Shown here piece by piece: positions 19,032 through 29,239 of a stretch of 64,000 nt of DNA. Source of the DNA: an uncultured Acidobacteriota bacterium (GTDB lineage: Bacteria; Acidobacteriota; Blastocatellia; RBC074); contig CAWCKY010000007.1 of assembly GCA_963796275.1 (NCBI GenBank), positions 672,001-736,000 on the forward strand. Direction: 5' to 3'. Positions within the stretch are counted from its first letter, which is position 1; the number at the start of each line of letters is the position of its first letter. The position numbers and the translations under genes were made by a program. Under the pieces are notes generated by a model. That model had not been told where the DNA came from. It saw nothing but the letters and a program-made list of their open reading frames with translations, and ran no database searches.

Positions 19032-19478
19032 ATGCACGTAGCTTTGATTGAGCCCGAAATCCCCCCCAACACGGGTAATATCGCCCGCCTTTGCGCGGCC
19101 ACTCACACAAGTTTGCATCTCGTCGGAAAGCTCGGATTCCGCGTCGATGACAAGGCCGTGCGTCGCGCCGGCCTAGATTATTGGGATGCGGTCGAACTTC
19201 AATACCACAGAGATATCCAGGCGCTCTATCAAGTACTTCCAGAATGCCGTTTCTTGTATTTCACGACGAAAGCCGAACGCGTTTATACAGACATCCGATA
19301 TCAGTCTGGCGATTGCCTGGTTTTCGGTAGAGAAACGAAGGGGTTGCCTGAAGACTTGCTGAAAACGAATTGGGATCGTTGCTTACGCATTCCCATGCCG
19401 AACCCGCGCGTCCGTTCGCTCAATCTTGCCACTTCCGTGGGAATCGCGCTCTATGAGGCATTGCGACAGATAGAATAA
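19032..19478 (+). CDS. trmL: tRNA (cytidine/uridine(34)-2'-O)-methyltransferase TrmL
   Basis: PEIPPNTGNIARLC, RRAGLDYW, FGRETKGLP and RSLNLA SPOUT motifs. Confidence 0.95.
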   Translation: MHVALIEPEIPPNTGNIARLCAATHTSLHLVGKLGFRVDDKAVRRAGLDYWDAVELQYHRDIQALYQVLPECRFLYFTTKAERVYTDIRYQSGDCLVFGRETKGLPEDLLKTNWDRCLRIPMPNPRVRSLNLATSVGIALYEALRQIE

Positions 19479-19487
19479 TTAGACATA

Positions 19488-19669
19488 CGGTAGTCGGTTG
19501 TCGGTAAGTCGGTTGCCGGTAGTCGGTAGTCGGTAGTCGGTAGTCGGTTGTCGCTGATTTGTAATTGGTAATCGGTTGGTGATTGAAGAAAAGCGTCTCA
19601 ATGAGGTTGTCAACGTATCGATTCTCATAATATAAAAACCGAAAACCGACTACCGGCAACCGACTACCG
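19488..19669. repeat. heptamer (CGGTAGT) tandem repeats in inverted blocks between convergent genes
   Basis: About 9 copies at 19488-19552 and a reverse-complement block ACCGACTACCGGCAACCGACTACC near 19646-19669. Confidence 0.8.
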
Positions 19670-19679
19670 CAGCGGGAGC

Positions 19680-20990
19680 TTAGAGGGCGGAGACCGGCAC
19701 CTTCGCGGCTTCTTTACCGCGCTTCTCATCGACAAATGAGAGCAGGATCATTCCCGCTACGAAGAATATTCCGACTGCCAGTATCGCCGGTCGCTGACTT
19801 CCGGTTTTCAGGGAGATTATTCCGAAGACGAAGGGTCCGATGAAAGCCAGGGCCTTGCCGGCGATCCCCAGGAATCCGAAAAACTCGGCTGCGTTCTCCT
19901 TCGGCGTGAAGAGAGACAAAAGACTGCGTGTGACCGACTGGCAGGAACCGAGGCCGAGCCCCGCCAGCATTGCCACCACATAGAAGCTGGTCTTCGAGTA
20001 AGAGAAATAAGCGAGGGTGACTGCAGCGATCCATAATACCAATGAAATATAGATCGTCAGCTTCTGTCCGATCCGGTCGGCCACCCAGCCGAAGCCGAAT
20101 GCCCCTGCCGCCGCGACAACATTGAGCCCGATGAACATTATCACGATTTCGCCCGAGGTCAATCCGACCGTGGTTGCGGCATAGCCAGAGGCAAAGTAGA
20201 TGACAGTTACGACTCCGTCATTGTAGACGAGGAATGCGATCAAGAGCTTGAACAATTCGCGATAATGTCGAATGTGGCGTAGCGTCCGTGCGAGTTGGCG
20301 AAAACCTAAGCTCAGATACGATTGGCCTGGCGGCAGCGACTGCGGGACGCTTCTTTCGCGCAGCCAGATGAAAGTCGGTATGACGGTGATGGCGTAATAA
20401 ACGGCGACCACGACCGGTATCAATCGCGCCATCGATATTTGCTCCGGCGTAGCGTTGTCGACGATATTTCCGGCGAGTGGATAGACGAGCGCAAGACAAA
20501 CGAGCCCGCTCACATAACCCAGGGCCCATTTTCGACCGGAAATTCGTCCGGCGTTCGATTCATTCGAGATGCCGGGAAGAAAGCTGTCGATGAATACCCC
20601 GCCTCCTGCAAAGCCGATATTGGCGAATACGTATAGCCAGAACCCGAGATAGATCATTCCGGGTCCGACAAACCAGAGCGACGCGGTGAAGATAGTTATC
20701 AGTGCCGCGCAGATGCCGAGAAACTTTTTGCGGCTCCCGGAGAAATCGGCTATTGCGCCGAGGATTGGAGCGAGGATCGCAATCGCTATCTCAGATACCG
20801 ATGCCGCCAGCCCCCAAAGGAAATCGGCCTGTTGGAAATTGCCGACTACAATTTTATTGAAATAGAGCAGGTAAAGGGTCGAAACGATGATCGTCGTAAA
20901 TGCTGAATCCGCGATATCGTACGTGCACCAAGCCCAGATTTCGCGCTTTGTGACTGGCGGCAGATATTTTCGCTCTTCGGTGGTGGCCAT
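19680..20990 (-). CDS. MFS transporter (UMF1/Atg22-like)
   Basis: WCTYDIADSAF, APILGAIAD, GRISG..WALGY, YNDGVVTVI and EFFGF; about 12 TM. Confidence 0.88.
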   Translation of the reverse strand: MATTEERKYLPPVTKREIWAWCTYDIADSAFTTIIVSTLYLLYFNKIVVGNFQQADFLWGLAASVSEIAIAILAPILGAIADFSGSRKKFLGICAALITIFTASLWFVGPGMIYLGFWLYVFANIGFAGGGVFIDSFLPGISNESNAGRISGRKWALGYVSGLVCLALVYPLAGNIVDNATPEQISMARLIPVVVAVYYAITVIPTFIWLRERSVPQSLPPGQSYLSLGFRQLARTLRHIRHYRELFKLLIAFLVYNDGVVTVIYFASGYAATTVGLTSGEIVIMFIGLNVVAAAGAFGFGWVADRIGQKLTIYISLVLWIAAVTLAYFSYSKTSFYVVAMLAGLGLGSCQSVTRSLLSLFTPKENAAEFFGFLGIAGKALAFIGPFVFGIISLKTGSQRPAILAVGIFFVAGMILLSFVDEKRGKEAAKVPVSAL

Positions 20991-21068
20991 ATTTGCCGGG
21001 GGAGAGAGCGGGAGTCTTGCGTCAAGTTGAAATTAACCGCAGACGGCCGGACTCCCAACTCCTGCCAT

Positions 21069-22229
21069 TCACCTCACCCCCAACAACAGATCGATCACGA
21101 GTTGATCTAATTTTTCGTATGGAAGTTTCTTCCCGGTCAGCGTTTTACGGTCGAGTTTCATCGTTTTTATACGTTCCGCGTTCTCTTTTGTTAGTTTCAC
21201 CGGCTCAAAATCGGGAGCGGTTGCGCGGATTTCGGCGAGCAGTGCCTGTATTTTGTCATCGTCGTTGAATTGCCTGACTTTCTCCTTAAAGATGAGATAG
21301 TTTCGCATGCATCCGGACGCGAAATCCCAGACTCCTTCCTCGTCTTCGCTGCGGTAAGCGTGCGCATCGAAGTGTCTGGGTCCTTCGTATCCTTTCTCCT
21401 CGAGCAGCTTGACGAGAAAGAAGAGGTTTTTGATGCCCTCGGAGCCGAAGCGCAGGTCCTGATCAAAACGAGGCCCCTTTTGATCGTTGAGATCGATGTG
21501 GAATAGCTTGCCGGCCTCCATAGCCTGAGCCACGACGTGATAAAAATTCAAGCCTGACATCTGTTCGTGGCCAACCTCCGGATTGACCCCCACCATCTCC
21601 GGGTGATCGAGCGTTTCGATGAAACCCAGATAAGCTCCGGTCGATGGGAAGTACATATCGCCCCGCGGCTCATTCGGTTTGGCTTCGAGGGCGAACTTGT
21701 AGCCATAACCCTGTGATATCGAATATTCGCAGAGAAAGTTCAAGGCCTCGCGGAACCACTTGATCGCCTCACAGGCATCCTTGGCCGCATCGACTTCGGC
21801 GCCTTCGCGGCCACCCCAGAAGACGTAAATCTTCGCGCCGACTTCCGCGCCGAGATCCATCGCCCGCATGGTTTTTTGGATCGTGTATAGGCGGACGCGC
21901 GGATCGTTTGAAGTAAATGCCCCGTCTTTGAAGACTGGGTCGGAGAAGAGATTGGTAGTCGCCATCGGAACGACCATCCCATGATCAGCGAGAGCGGATT
22001 TGAATTCGCGCACGATCTTATCGCGCTCGGCCGCCGTGGCATCGATCGGAACGAGATCATTGTCGTGGAAATTGACGCCGTACGCGCCGAGTTCAGAGAG
22101 ATGTTTAACGATGCTGACGGGCGCGATCGGCTGGCGCGTTGGCTCCCCGAACGGATCGCGACCAGGATTACCGACAGTCCAAAGCCCAAAAGTAAATTTG
22201 TGTTCTTTTTTTGGTGTTAGGTTGCTCAT
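21069..22229 (-). CDS. xylA: xylose isomerase (short, class I type)
   Basis: [57 protein letters not shown] and HFDAH. Confidence 0.96.
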   Translation of the reverse strand: MSNLTPKKEHKFTFGLWTVGNPGRDPFGEPTRQPIAPVSIVKHLSELGAYGVNFHDNDLVPIDATAAERDKIVREFKSALADHGMVVPMATTNLFSDPVFKDGAFTSNDPRVRLYTIQKTMRAMDLGAEVGAKIYVFWGGREGAEVDAAKDACEAIKWFREALNFLCEYSISQGYGYKFALEAKPNEPRGDMYFPSTGAYLGFIETLDHPEMVGVNPEVGHEQMSGLNFYHVVAQAMEAGKLFHIDLNDQKGPRFDQDLRFGSEGIKNLFFLVKLLEEKGYEGPRHFDAHAYRSEDEEGVWDFASGCMRNYLIFKEKVRQFNDDDKIQALLAEIRATAPDFEPVKLTKENAERIKTMKLDRKTLTGKKLPYEKLDQLVIDLLLGVR

Positions 22230-22639
22230 AGAGGTCTCCTCAGAAAATAGAGATGACATACGGGATTTCTCGGAATGCCGGATCGAAGTGAATCCTCAAA
22301 TATCCTGTAAATCCTGCCCAAATTTTCATCGATTCCATATCTCGTCAGAGACGAGATAGTATGAATCTTTCTCTATCAATTATAAGAAGCCGCGATTGTA
22401 GCTGAGATATCCACGCTTGTGAATCGTTGTGAACACCGGCGGGAGAAAATATTTGAACGAGCATGGACATTAACCACGAATCGATACGGATGGACTACAC
22501 GGATAATATCCAGGGACTAACCCGCTCTTTTTACCCGTCGCGTCCGTGCCGATCCGTGGTTCGGATGTCTCAAGCTTTATAAATAGTCAGATCCTACAGC
22601 TGTAACATCGTTTTTATGATTTGCGAGAAGTAGAGGCTA

Positions 22640-22855
22640 TCAGGCCGATTGAGGATCGGTCTTTGCAAAAAGCGCCGCAAACGCTTCCCGCGCTCCCGGC
22701 GATTCCTCTTTGCGTTGCCTCAGCCAATCGGTCGTCACTTCGATTGCATTGCGCGCCCGAGCGGCCTTCTTCCCGCGTGATCTTCTGGCTTTACGTGTTT
22801 GACGAATCTGCTCCTGTAGAGGCGAATCTTTTTTGATAAGTTTTGCTTTTTTCAT
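22640..22855 (-). CDS. basic microprotein (71 aa), paralog of 23471..23656
   Basis: MKKAKLIKK...W...AREAFAALFAKTDPQ; the homology to the divergent ORF supports coding status. Confidence 0.7.
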   Translation of the reverse strand: MKKAKLIKKDSPLQEQIRQTRKARRSRGKKAARARNAIEVTTDWLRQRKEESPGAREAFAALFAKTDPQSA

Positions 22856-23063
22856 GTCTAGTCTTCCAATTTTTTTATTCAATAATTATTCAAGTTTTCT
22901 ATCTAAAACCAATATCCTATCTACCATAATTTTCAATGGCTTATCTCCCTCACTGATTGTAAAGGTAATAGCAATCTATGCAGCGTATGTAGCTGAGATG
23001 GCGAACGCAAAAGATAATCAGTTCATCACCACTTACACTGGCTCCACACCGCTCTCCGCTATC

Positions 23064-23196
23064 GATCCCTTGCTATCGATCTTTTGATCTGTCGATCTTT
23101 GATCTGTCGATCCATTGTTCCCATTGTTCCATTATTCTGTGAACAGTGTTCTGTCGATCAATCGATCTCTTGATCCATACTTTTGATCCAATGATC
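23064..23196. repeat. GATC cluster / short degenerate repeats
   Basis: 11 GATC at 23064, 23078, 23086, 23094, 23101, 23109, 23156, 23164, 23172, 23185 and 23193. Confidence 0.85.
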
Positions 23197-23384
23197 TGAT
23201 GCTGACTGCAAGCATTCAGTGATTGGGGGTGGAAGAAACCCCAAGGGGTAACGAGTCATATATGGCAGATCCAAACTCCAGTGATCAGTCTACCACATGA
23301 CGAATCGTTTCCGCACATATTTTTTATTTTATTTGTCTAAGCGGTTGTCGTTTTTACTATTATTTTTATTTATCGTTCTGTCTG

Positions 23385-23400
23385 GGGCATAAGGCTTGCT
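23385..23400 (+). promoter_or_regulatory. putative sigma54 (-24/-12) promoter
   Basis: GGGCATAAGGCTTGCT: GG-N10-GC spacing with TTGCT, preceded by an AT-rich tract. Confidence 0.55.
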
Positions 23401-23470
23401 TATAAACATTGCGAAACAAAGCGCGGATAAAAGCGTATTAACAGGTCACAGGAGATCACAGGAGATGATG

Positions 23471-23656
23471 ATGAAAAAAGCGAGGCTGATCAAAAAACAA
23501 GAGATAGAAGAGCAAGAGGCACATAAGGAAACGACCGCACTGAAGGAGAAGGTAAAGCAGCGATTGGGGGCAGTGGTCGAATGGCCTATGAAGACGACAC
23601 GCAAGGATCCGCGGAAGGCATTTGCTGAACTATTCGCTCAGCCGCAAACTCGATAG
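23471..23656 (+). CDS. microprotein (61 aa), paralog of 22640..22855
   Basis: RBS AGGAG; MKKARLIKK...W...PRKAFAELFAQPQ. Confidence 0.72.
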   Translation: MKKARLIKKQEIEEQEAHKETTALKEKVKQRLGAVVEWPMKTTRKDPRKAFAELFAQPQTR

Positions 23657-23669
23657 CCGAAAAAGAAAA

Positions 23670-23780
23670 GCGGCGAAGGATAAAGGGTTTGATGAGTGGC
23701 GCTCGCTTAGAACTATTCGTTGATAAGCGGGCATACTCACTAAACGTCAGGACGAGAGTTCTGACTGTCGCCTTCGCCGC
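23670..23780 (+). ncRNA. candidate structured RNA (three-way junction)
   Basis: Closing stem GCGGCGAAGG/CCTTCGCCGC, inner stem GCTCGCTTA/TAAGCGGGC and hairpin GTCAGGAC-GAGA-GTTCTGAC. Confidence 0.4.
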
Positions 23781-23801
23781 ATCTCAATCTCATTTTCTGA
23801 A

Positions 23802-23873
<72 letters not shown>

Positions 23874-23888
23874 ATATAATACACCTTT

Positions 23889-24431
23889 CTAGCCCATTCC
23901 GCGGCGATTTGTCAACGGGTTCAACATATTCCTCACGGTAAAATAACCGCGCAGCAATGACAGGCTGGGTTCTTCATTTGGTATAAGCAGAACACCGATT
24001 ACGTCATAGCGAAACGGTTCATCCTCGATCGCCAGGAGCCGGCGATAAACGCGCGCCACCCGCGCGATCTTACGCTGCTTTCGCCGGTCTACCGCCGATT
24101 CGGGCGCTGCCACTTCTGCGCTCGTTCTTGTTTTTACCTCGACAAATGCGAGAGTGAAGGGGATGGTCGATTCATCATAGGCGATGATATCGATCTCGCC
24201 GGTTAATGGGCGGCCTGTGCCGGTGTATCCGATCGGCGCGATGAAGTTAGTCGCGACGAGGCGATAGCCATGCTCTCGGAGAAAACGAGCTGCCATATTT
24301 TCACCGACCACACCCGTATCGGTATGGTGATCGATATGGTGATCCGATGGTGGTATGATGCACATTGCCCCTCCATTTGCTTCGCGATTAGCCCCTCGAA
24401 TGCGCCGAAAGATGTCCCGCAGCAATATCAT
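23889..24431 (-). CDS. yraN: YraN family (UPF0102) protein
   Basis: GENMAARFL, GEIDIIA, FVEVKTR, AVDRRKQ and RYDVIGV. The start is uncertain. Confidence 0.88.
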   Translation of the reverse strand: MILLRDIFRRIRGANREANGGAMCIIPPSDHHIDHHTDTGVVGENMAARFLREHGYRLVATNFIAPIGYTGTGRPLTGEIDIIAYDESTIPFTLAFVEVKTRTSAEVAAPESAVDRRKQRKIARVARVYRRLLAIEDEPFRYDVIGVLLIPNEEPSLSLLRGYFTVRNMLNPLTNRRGMG

Positions 24432-24589
24432 ATTTACTGGTATATCTGATTAAACAAACAACTTAATCCGCACGAATCTGTGCGATCTACAGTTTATTAG
24501 CGCCAATCTCATTATGAGATGCGCTTCGTAAGTTATACTGCACGCCCGCCCCGATTTTAAAGTAAATACAGGAAGGGAAGATAAGCTGC

Positions 24590-25606
24590 ATGAATTTTAG
24601 ATATTTGGGAATCGGGATTTTATTTTTATTGCTGATGCTCTCTCCCATCTGCGTACGTTATGCGGCGGCTCAAGGAGTACATCCGCCAGTGCCCGGTTAT
24701 ATTCCACAACGGGTATACGATTCTGTTGAGAAACGGTACACTGATTTTGAATCGATGCTCCTCGAGTTATCGCGTTCAGACGTTGTGTTTGTAGGGGAGC
24801 AGCACAATGACCCGGCGACGCATCGTTTAGAGCGCGCGATATTGGAAGGTCTGGCACGTCGCCGAGGGAATATACTCGTCGCGCTGGAGATGTTCGAGCG
24901 CGACGTTCAGTCTTCGCTCGACGATTATCTCGCCGGACGCCTGAGCGAAGAGGAGTTTCTCAGTAATTCGCGGCCATGGCCTAGCTATATGACGGACTAC
25001 CGGCCGCTGGTAGAGTTGGCGCGTTTTCGCAATTGGCGCGTGATCGCGAGCAACGTTCCCCGCCGATATGCTTCTCAGGTCTCAAAGCAGGGAATGGAGG
25101 CGATTGATGCCGTACCCGCCACCGAACGCAAATTAATTGCGGCTCAGTTTCAATGCCCTTTCGATGATTATTACAAGCGTTTCTCTCAGGCCATGGGCGC
25201 CCATCCGGGGCATGGGGATGAAGGAAAAGAAAAAGAATCGGGTGAGCGGGATGAGCAGAAGGATGAGCAACGCGCGATGATAGAGCGATTTTATTATGCG
25301 CAATGCATAAAAGATGAGACGATGGCTGAGTCGATCGCCCACCAATTTAACGAGCCGGAAAACGGATCACAGAAGCCGCTCGTCGTGCATTTCAATGGAA
25401 CTTTCCACAGCGATTACCGTCTGGGAGCCGCGGCGCGAACCAACCGCAGAATACCGCAATCGAAGATCAAGGTCGTGACGATCGTTCCGCTCGATAATCT
25501 GGATGTAATCCAACCCGATGAATATAGAAAAAGAGGGGACTACGTCATCTTTTCGCTCAAACCAGCGAGAAGCATGAACACGCAGAAGGCTGAAATAAAT
25601 AAATAA
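24590..25606 (+). CDS. ChaN/PhuW-like (haem-binding uptake family) secreted protein
   Basis: DVVFVGEQHN, ALEMFERDVQ, DYRPLVE, AQCIKDETMA and GTFHSDY. Confidence 0.85.
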   Translation: MNFRYLGIGILFLLLMLSPICVRYAAAQGVHPPVPGYIPQRVYDSVEKRYTDFESMLLELSRSDVVFVGEQHNDPATHRLERAILEGLARRRGNILVALEMFERDVQSSLDDYLAGRLSEEEFLSNSRPWPSYMTDYRPLVELARFRNWRVIASNVPRRYASQVSKQGMEAIDAVPATERKLIAAQFQCPFDDYYKRFSQAMGAHPGHGDEGKEKESGERDEQKDEQRAMIERFYYAQCIKDETMAESIAHQFNEPENGSQKPLVVHFNGTFHSDYRLGAAARTNRRIPQSKIKVVTIVPLDNLDVIQPDEYRKRGDYVIFSLKPARSMNTQKAEINK

Positions 25607-25706
25607 TGGAGGGCGCGCGGGGAACAGGTCGCGATGCAGGCGAGGCGCCGTGGCGGTGGGGGGAAGGTAGAAGCAAGATTTTCATTATCGCCGTCTTCTC
25701 GGCCGC

Positions 25707-26564
25707 CTATGTTTCCCGGTATGCGGAATTGATCACGCCGCCGACCAGAATAGCGACGCCCATCAGGTAGAGCCAGATCATGAGGACCATGACGCCTCCG
25801 AGTGCGCCGTAAGTTGCGCTGTAATCGGTGAAGCGACTTACATACAACCGCAGCCCGTATGAAATGGTAAGCCAGAAAACGACGGCGAAGACGGCGCCTG
25901 GTGATAAGAGCGCCCATCTCTGTTTGGTTTTTGGTGCGAAATAGTAGATCAACTCGACGCCGAACAGAACGAAGGCGATGACGACGAGCCATTGCCCAGC
26001 CCGCCAGACGGCGGTCAGGATTGAACCGAAGCCGAATGAATTCACCACGCTCGCGCTGATGTAATCGCCGAAAAATATCAGCATCAGCGCCGCGATGATG
26101 AGCGTCGCAAGGCCGAGGGTGAGGATGATCGCAAGGAGTCTCTCTCTCCACCAGGGCCGGGATTCCGCGGAGTTGGACGTTTTGTTGAGCGAGCCGATGA
26201 GCACTCCCATTCCTGACGATGACGCCCAGATCACGAGCAGGATGCTGAAACTCAGCAGCCCTCCTCGCCGATGTTGAGTTATCTCGAGATATGTTGATTG
26301 GACGAGTGTGAAGGCTTCAGCCGGAAGCACTTTACTCAGGGCGTAGATCCAGCGATCGAGATTGCCCTTTATCGGCAGGTAAGCAAGTAACGACGTCAAC
26401 AAAATCAGGAGCGGGAAGAGTGAGAAGAACCAATAATAAGCGAATTGAGCGCACCTGCCGAATACTTCATCCTCAAAAAGTTTGTCCCAGGTCCTGAGCG
26501 CTATCTCTCGCCACGATTTGCGACTCGAATTTTTCGAATATCCATTGTCTTCCTGGTCTGCCAT
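25707..26564 (-). CDS. YihY/virulence factor BrkB family membrane protein
   Basis: AYYWFFSLFPL, IYYFAP and YSATYGALGGVMVLMIWLY; start taken at MADQED. Confidence 0.9.
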   Translation of the reverse strand: MADQEDNGYSKNSSRKSWREIALRTWDKLFEDEVFGRCAQFAYYWFFSLFPLLILLTSLLAYLPIKGNLDRWIYALSKVLPAEAFTLVQSTYLEITQHRRGGLLSFSILLVIWASSSGMGVLIGSLNKTSNSAESRPWWRERLLAIILTLGLATLIIAALMLIFFGDYISASVVNSFGFGSILTAVWRAGQWLVVIAFVLFGVELIYYFAPKTKQRWALLSPGAVFAVVFWLTISYGLRLYVSRFTDYSATYGALGGVMVLMIWLYLMGVAILVGGVINSAYRET

Positions 26565-26615
26565 AACTAAATTATTTATGTCTGTTTCTGTGTGGTCAAC
26601 AACCATTCTAGAGTT

Positions 26616-27524
26616 ATGAAGATTCTCATTACAGGTGCAACTGGATTGATTGGCCGGGCGATAAGCCGGCGTCTGGCCGATGAAGCGCATCAGATCGTAG
26701 TTTTGTCCCGCCATCCGGAGAGTGCGGAAGTTGTGCCAGGGGCAAAGGCATACAAATGGGAGCCCGAACTTGGTCCGCCCGAAAGAAGAGTGTGGGAAGG
26801 TGTTGATGCGGTTATCCATCTGGCTGGAGAGCCGGTTGCGGCGTCGCGTTGGACTGATGAGCAGAAACGTCGTATACGCGATTCGCGAGTGATAGGGACG
26901 CGCCGGCTTCTAGAGGGCATGAAGGAATCTTCCGATCGCCCGAAGATACTTGTGAGCGGATCGGCGGTGGGTTTTTATGGCAACCGAGGTGATGAGCAAC
27001 TGGATGAATGGTCGGATCCGGGGCAGGGATTTCTTCCAGAAGTTTGCCGGCAATGGGAACGAGAGGCGTTAAGTGTGCAGGAGTTGGGATTAAGAGTAAT
27101 TATCGTCAGGACAGGCGTGGTGCTCAGTACAAATGGCGGGGCGCTGGAGAAGATGCTCATGCCTTTCAGACTGGGACTCGGCGGGCGCATGGGGGGTGGC
27201 AGGCAATGGTTCCCCTGGATTCATCTGGAAGATATCGCCGGCATCTTTTGCCATGCATTATCGTCGCCCGAATTGAGTGGTCCGATTAATGGCGTCGCTC
27301 CCGGGATAGTAATTAATGAGGAGTTCACCCGGGAACTGGCGGCGGTATTACATCGGCCGGTCTTCCTTGCGATACCGGATATCGTTTTAAAAATTACGAT
27401 GGGTGAAATGGCTCAGGTAGTTCTGGACAGTCAACGAATAATTCCCAGGGTTGCGCTGGAGTCGGGTTACAGATTCCGGTTCCAGATACTCAAGCTCGCC
27501 TTGAGGAGTCTGCTGGAGACTTAG
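26616..27524 (+). CDS. TIGR01777-family NAD-dependent epimerase/oxidoreductase
   Basis: ITGATGLIG, HLAGEPV..RWT, SAVGFYG, GLGGRMGGGRQWFPWIH. Confidence 0.93.
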   Translation: MKILITGATGLIGRAISRRLADEAHQIVVLSRHPESAEVVPGAKAYKWEPELGPPERRVWEGVDAVIHLAGEPVAASRWTDEQKRRIRDSRVIGTRRLLEGMKESSDRPKILVSGSAVGFYGNRGDEQLDEWSDPGQGFLPEVCRQWEREALSVQELGLRVIIVRTGVVLSTNGGALEKMLMPFRLGLGGRMGGGRQWFPWIHLEDIAGIFCHALSSPELSGPINGVAPGIVINEEFTRELAAVLHRPVFLAIPDIVLKITMGEMAQVVLDSQRIIPRVALESGYRFRFQILKLALRSLLET

Positions 27525-28008
27525 CTTGCGTGCGCAGGCATCGTCATGCTCGCGCACGCATAAGCCTAAAACATCCAGCATCGCATCAGGAGATGCGATA
27601 ATCAGGCGCTATTTACGCCTGTTATAAGCGAATCATATTGTGAGTCATTTTCGATATGCCACCTCCTGGTTTTTGGCCTTTACAGGCAGTTGAAGGTGTA
27701 AGAGATCCGGCCGTAAAAGGCCGTTCGCTTTATTGCAACCTGTCCGGATAGGTAGGACAATTCTATGTCCAGAAGGCTGACCCGATCAAGCGCTCGGAGG
27801 AATTGTCACGGACAGAGATAGGAAAGAAAACTTGCTGAGTATTTGCCATTTTGGGGATTTTTGTTTCCCCTTGCCCCTTTGCATTATCCATCAACCATCA
27901 TTATACTGCGCCGGATACTGCGCCAGTTTCTCAGTAACAGAGTGCCGCGATCGTTTCAATTCCGCCCCCCGGAGCGAGTAGTACGAACCCAAATCAAAGT
28001 AGAAAAAG

Positions 28009-29151
28009 ATGCTTATCACAGTACTCAAGGAAACAGAAAAAGACGAATCACGAGTTGCGCTCATACCGGAAGCCGTCAAAAAACTCACCGGCCTGAAGGC
28101 TGAGGTGGCCGTCGAGAGCGGCGCCGGCATCGAATCGGGCGCAAGCGACGCCGACTATGAAGGAGCCGGGGCCCGAATTTCCCGGGACCGCGCCGCGCTG
28201 CTCAAATCGACCGATGTTCTGGTAGCCGTCAACCGTCCTTCAGCCGTTGATTTAGCGGTATTGAAGAACGGTGCGGTCGTCATCGGATTCCTGCGGCCGC
28301 TCGATGAGCCGGAAAAGCTGATGCCGCTGCTCGATCGTGGGTTGACTGCATTCGCCATGGAATTGATCCCGCGCACAACCCGCGCCCAGTCTATGGATGC
28401 GCTCTCTTCGATGGCGACGATCGTCGGTTATAAGGCGGTCCTTCTGGCTGCATCGGCGGTCCCGCGCATGTTTCCTATGTTGACGACCGCGGCAGGGACA
28501 GTGCCTCCGGCGAAAGCGCTGATTTTGGGTGCTGGCGTCGCCGGATTGCAGGCGATAGCCACCGCCAGGCGTCTGGGAGCCGTCGTCGAGGGTTTCGATG
28601 TGCGCGCAGCCGCCGGTGAAGCCGTCCGCTCGCTCGGCGCCCGATTTCTTGAAGTCGATATGGGCGGGCTTCAGACCGAAGATGCGGGCGGTTATGCGCG
28701 TGAGGTGACCGAAGAAGTTATGGATCGCAGCCGCGAGCTGATAGCAAAACAGGCTAGGCAGACCGATTGCATTGTCACGTCCGCGCAGGTCCCCGGCAGA
28801 CGCGCTCCGTTGCTCGTAACCGAAGAAGCCGTCTCGGGCATGAAGCGCGGCTCGGTTATCGTCGATCTGGCCGGATCCACCGGCGGTAACTGCGCCTTAG
28901 CCAAGCCGGGCGAGGTGGTTGATATCGGTGGGGTAACTATATTGACACCACTCAACCTCGCCGCGACCGTTCCGGTGCACGCCAGCCAGTTATATTCGCG
29001 CAATGTCGTTTCATTTCTCGGACTGATGATTAAAGAAGGGGAGCTCAAGCTGGATTTCGACGATGACATCATCGGGCCTTCCTGCGCAGTGCATCAGAGA
29101 GAGGCGAAGCATCCGCGGATTCAAGCCGCCTTGAGCGTTACTTCGAAGTGA
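28009..29151 (+). CDS. pntA: NAD(P) transhydrogenase subunit alpha part 1 (domain I)
   Basis: ESRVALIP, PRTTRAQSMDALSS, GAGVAGLQAIATARRLGA, GGYA and GGNC. Confidence 0.95.
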   Translation: MLITVLKETEKDESRVALIPEAVKKLTGLKAEVAVESGAGIESGASDADYEGAGARISRDRAALLKSTDVLVAVNRPSAVDLAVLKNGAVVIGFLRPLDEPEKLMPLLDRGLTAFAMELIPRTTRAQSMDALSSMATIVGYKAVLLAASAVPRMFPMLTTAAGTVPPAKALILGAGVAGLQAIATARRLGAVVEGFDVRAAAGEAVRSLGARFLEVDMGGLQTEDAGGYAREVTEEVMDRSRELIAKQARQTDCIVTSAQVPGRRAPLLVTEEAVSGMKRGSVIVDLAGSTGGNCALAKPGEVVDIGGVTILTPLNLAATVPVHASQLYSRNVVSFLGLMIKEGELKLDFDDDIIGPSCAVHQREAKHPRIQAALSVTSK

Positions 29152-29239
29152 ATGATTTAAGTTTTTAGTTTCAGCCAGTGGTGATTTTGAGCGCAAACTA
29201 AAAACTGAAACTAAAAACTGATTCAGGGGAATATCCATC

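Noticed and set aside
22880-23400. Replication origin (oriC)
   Set aside because: AT-rich with many GATC, but I found no good TTATNCACA boxes and no dnaA, dnaN or gidA nearby
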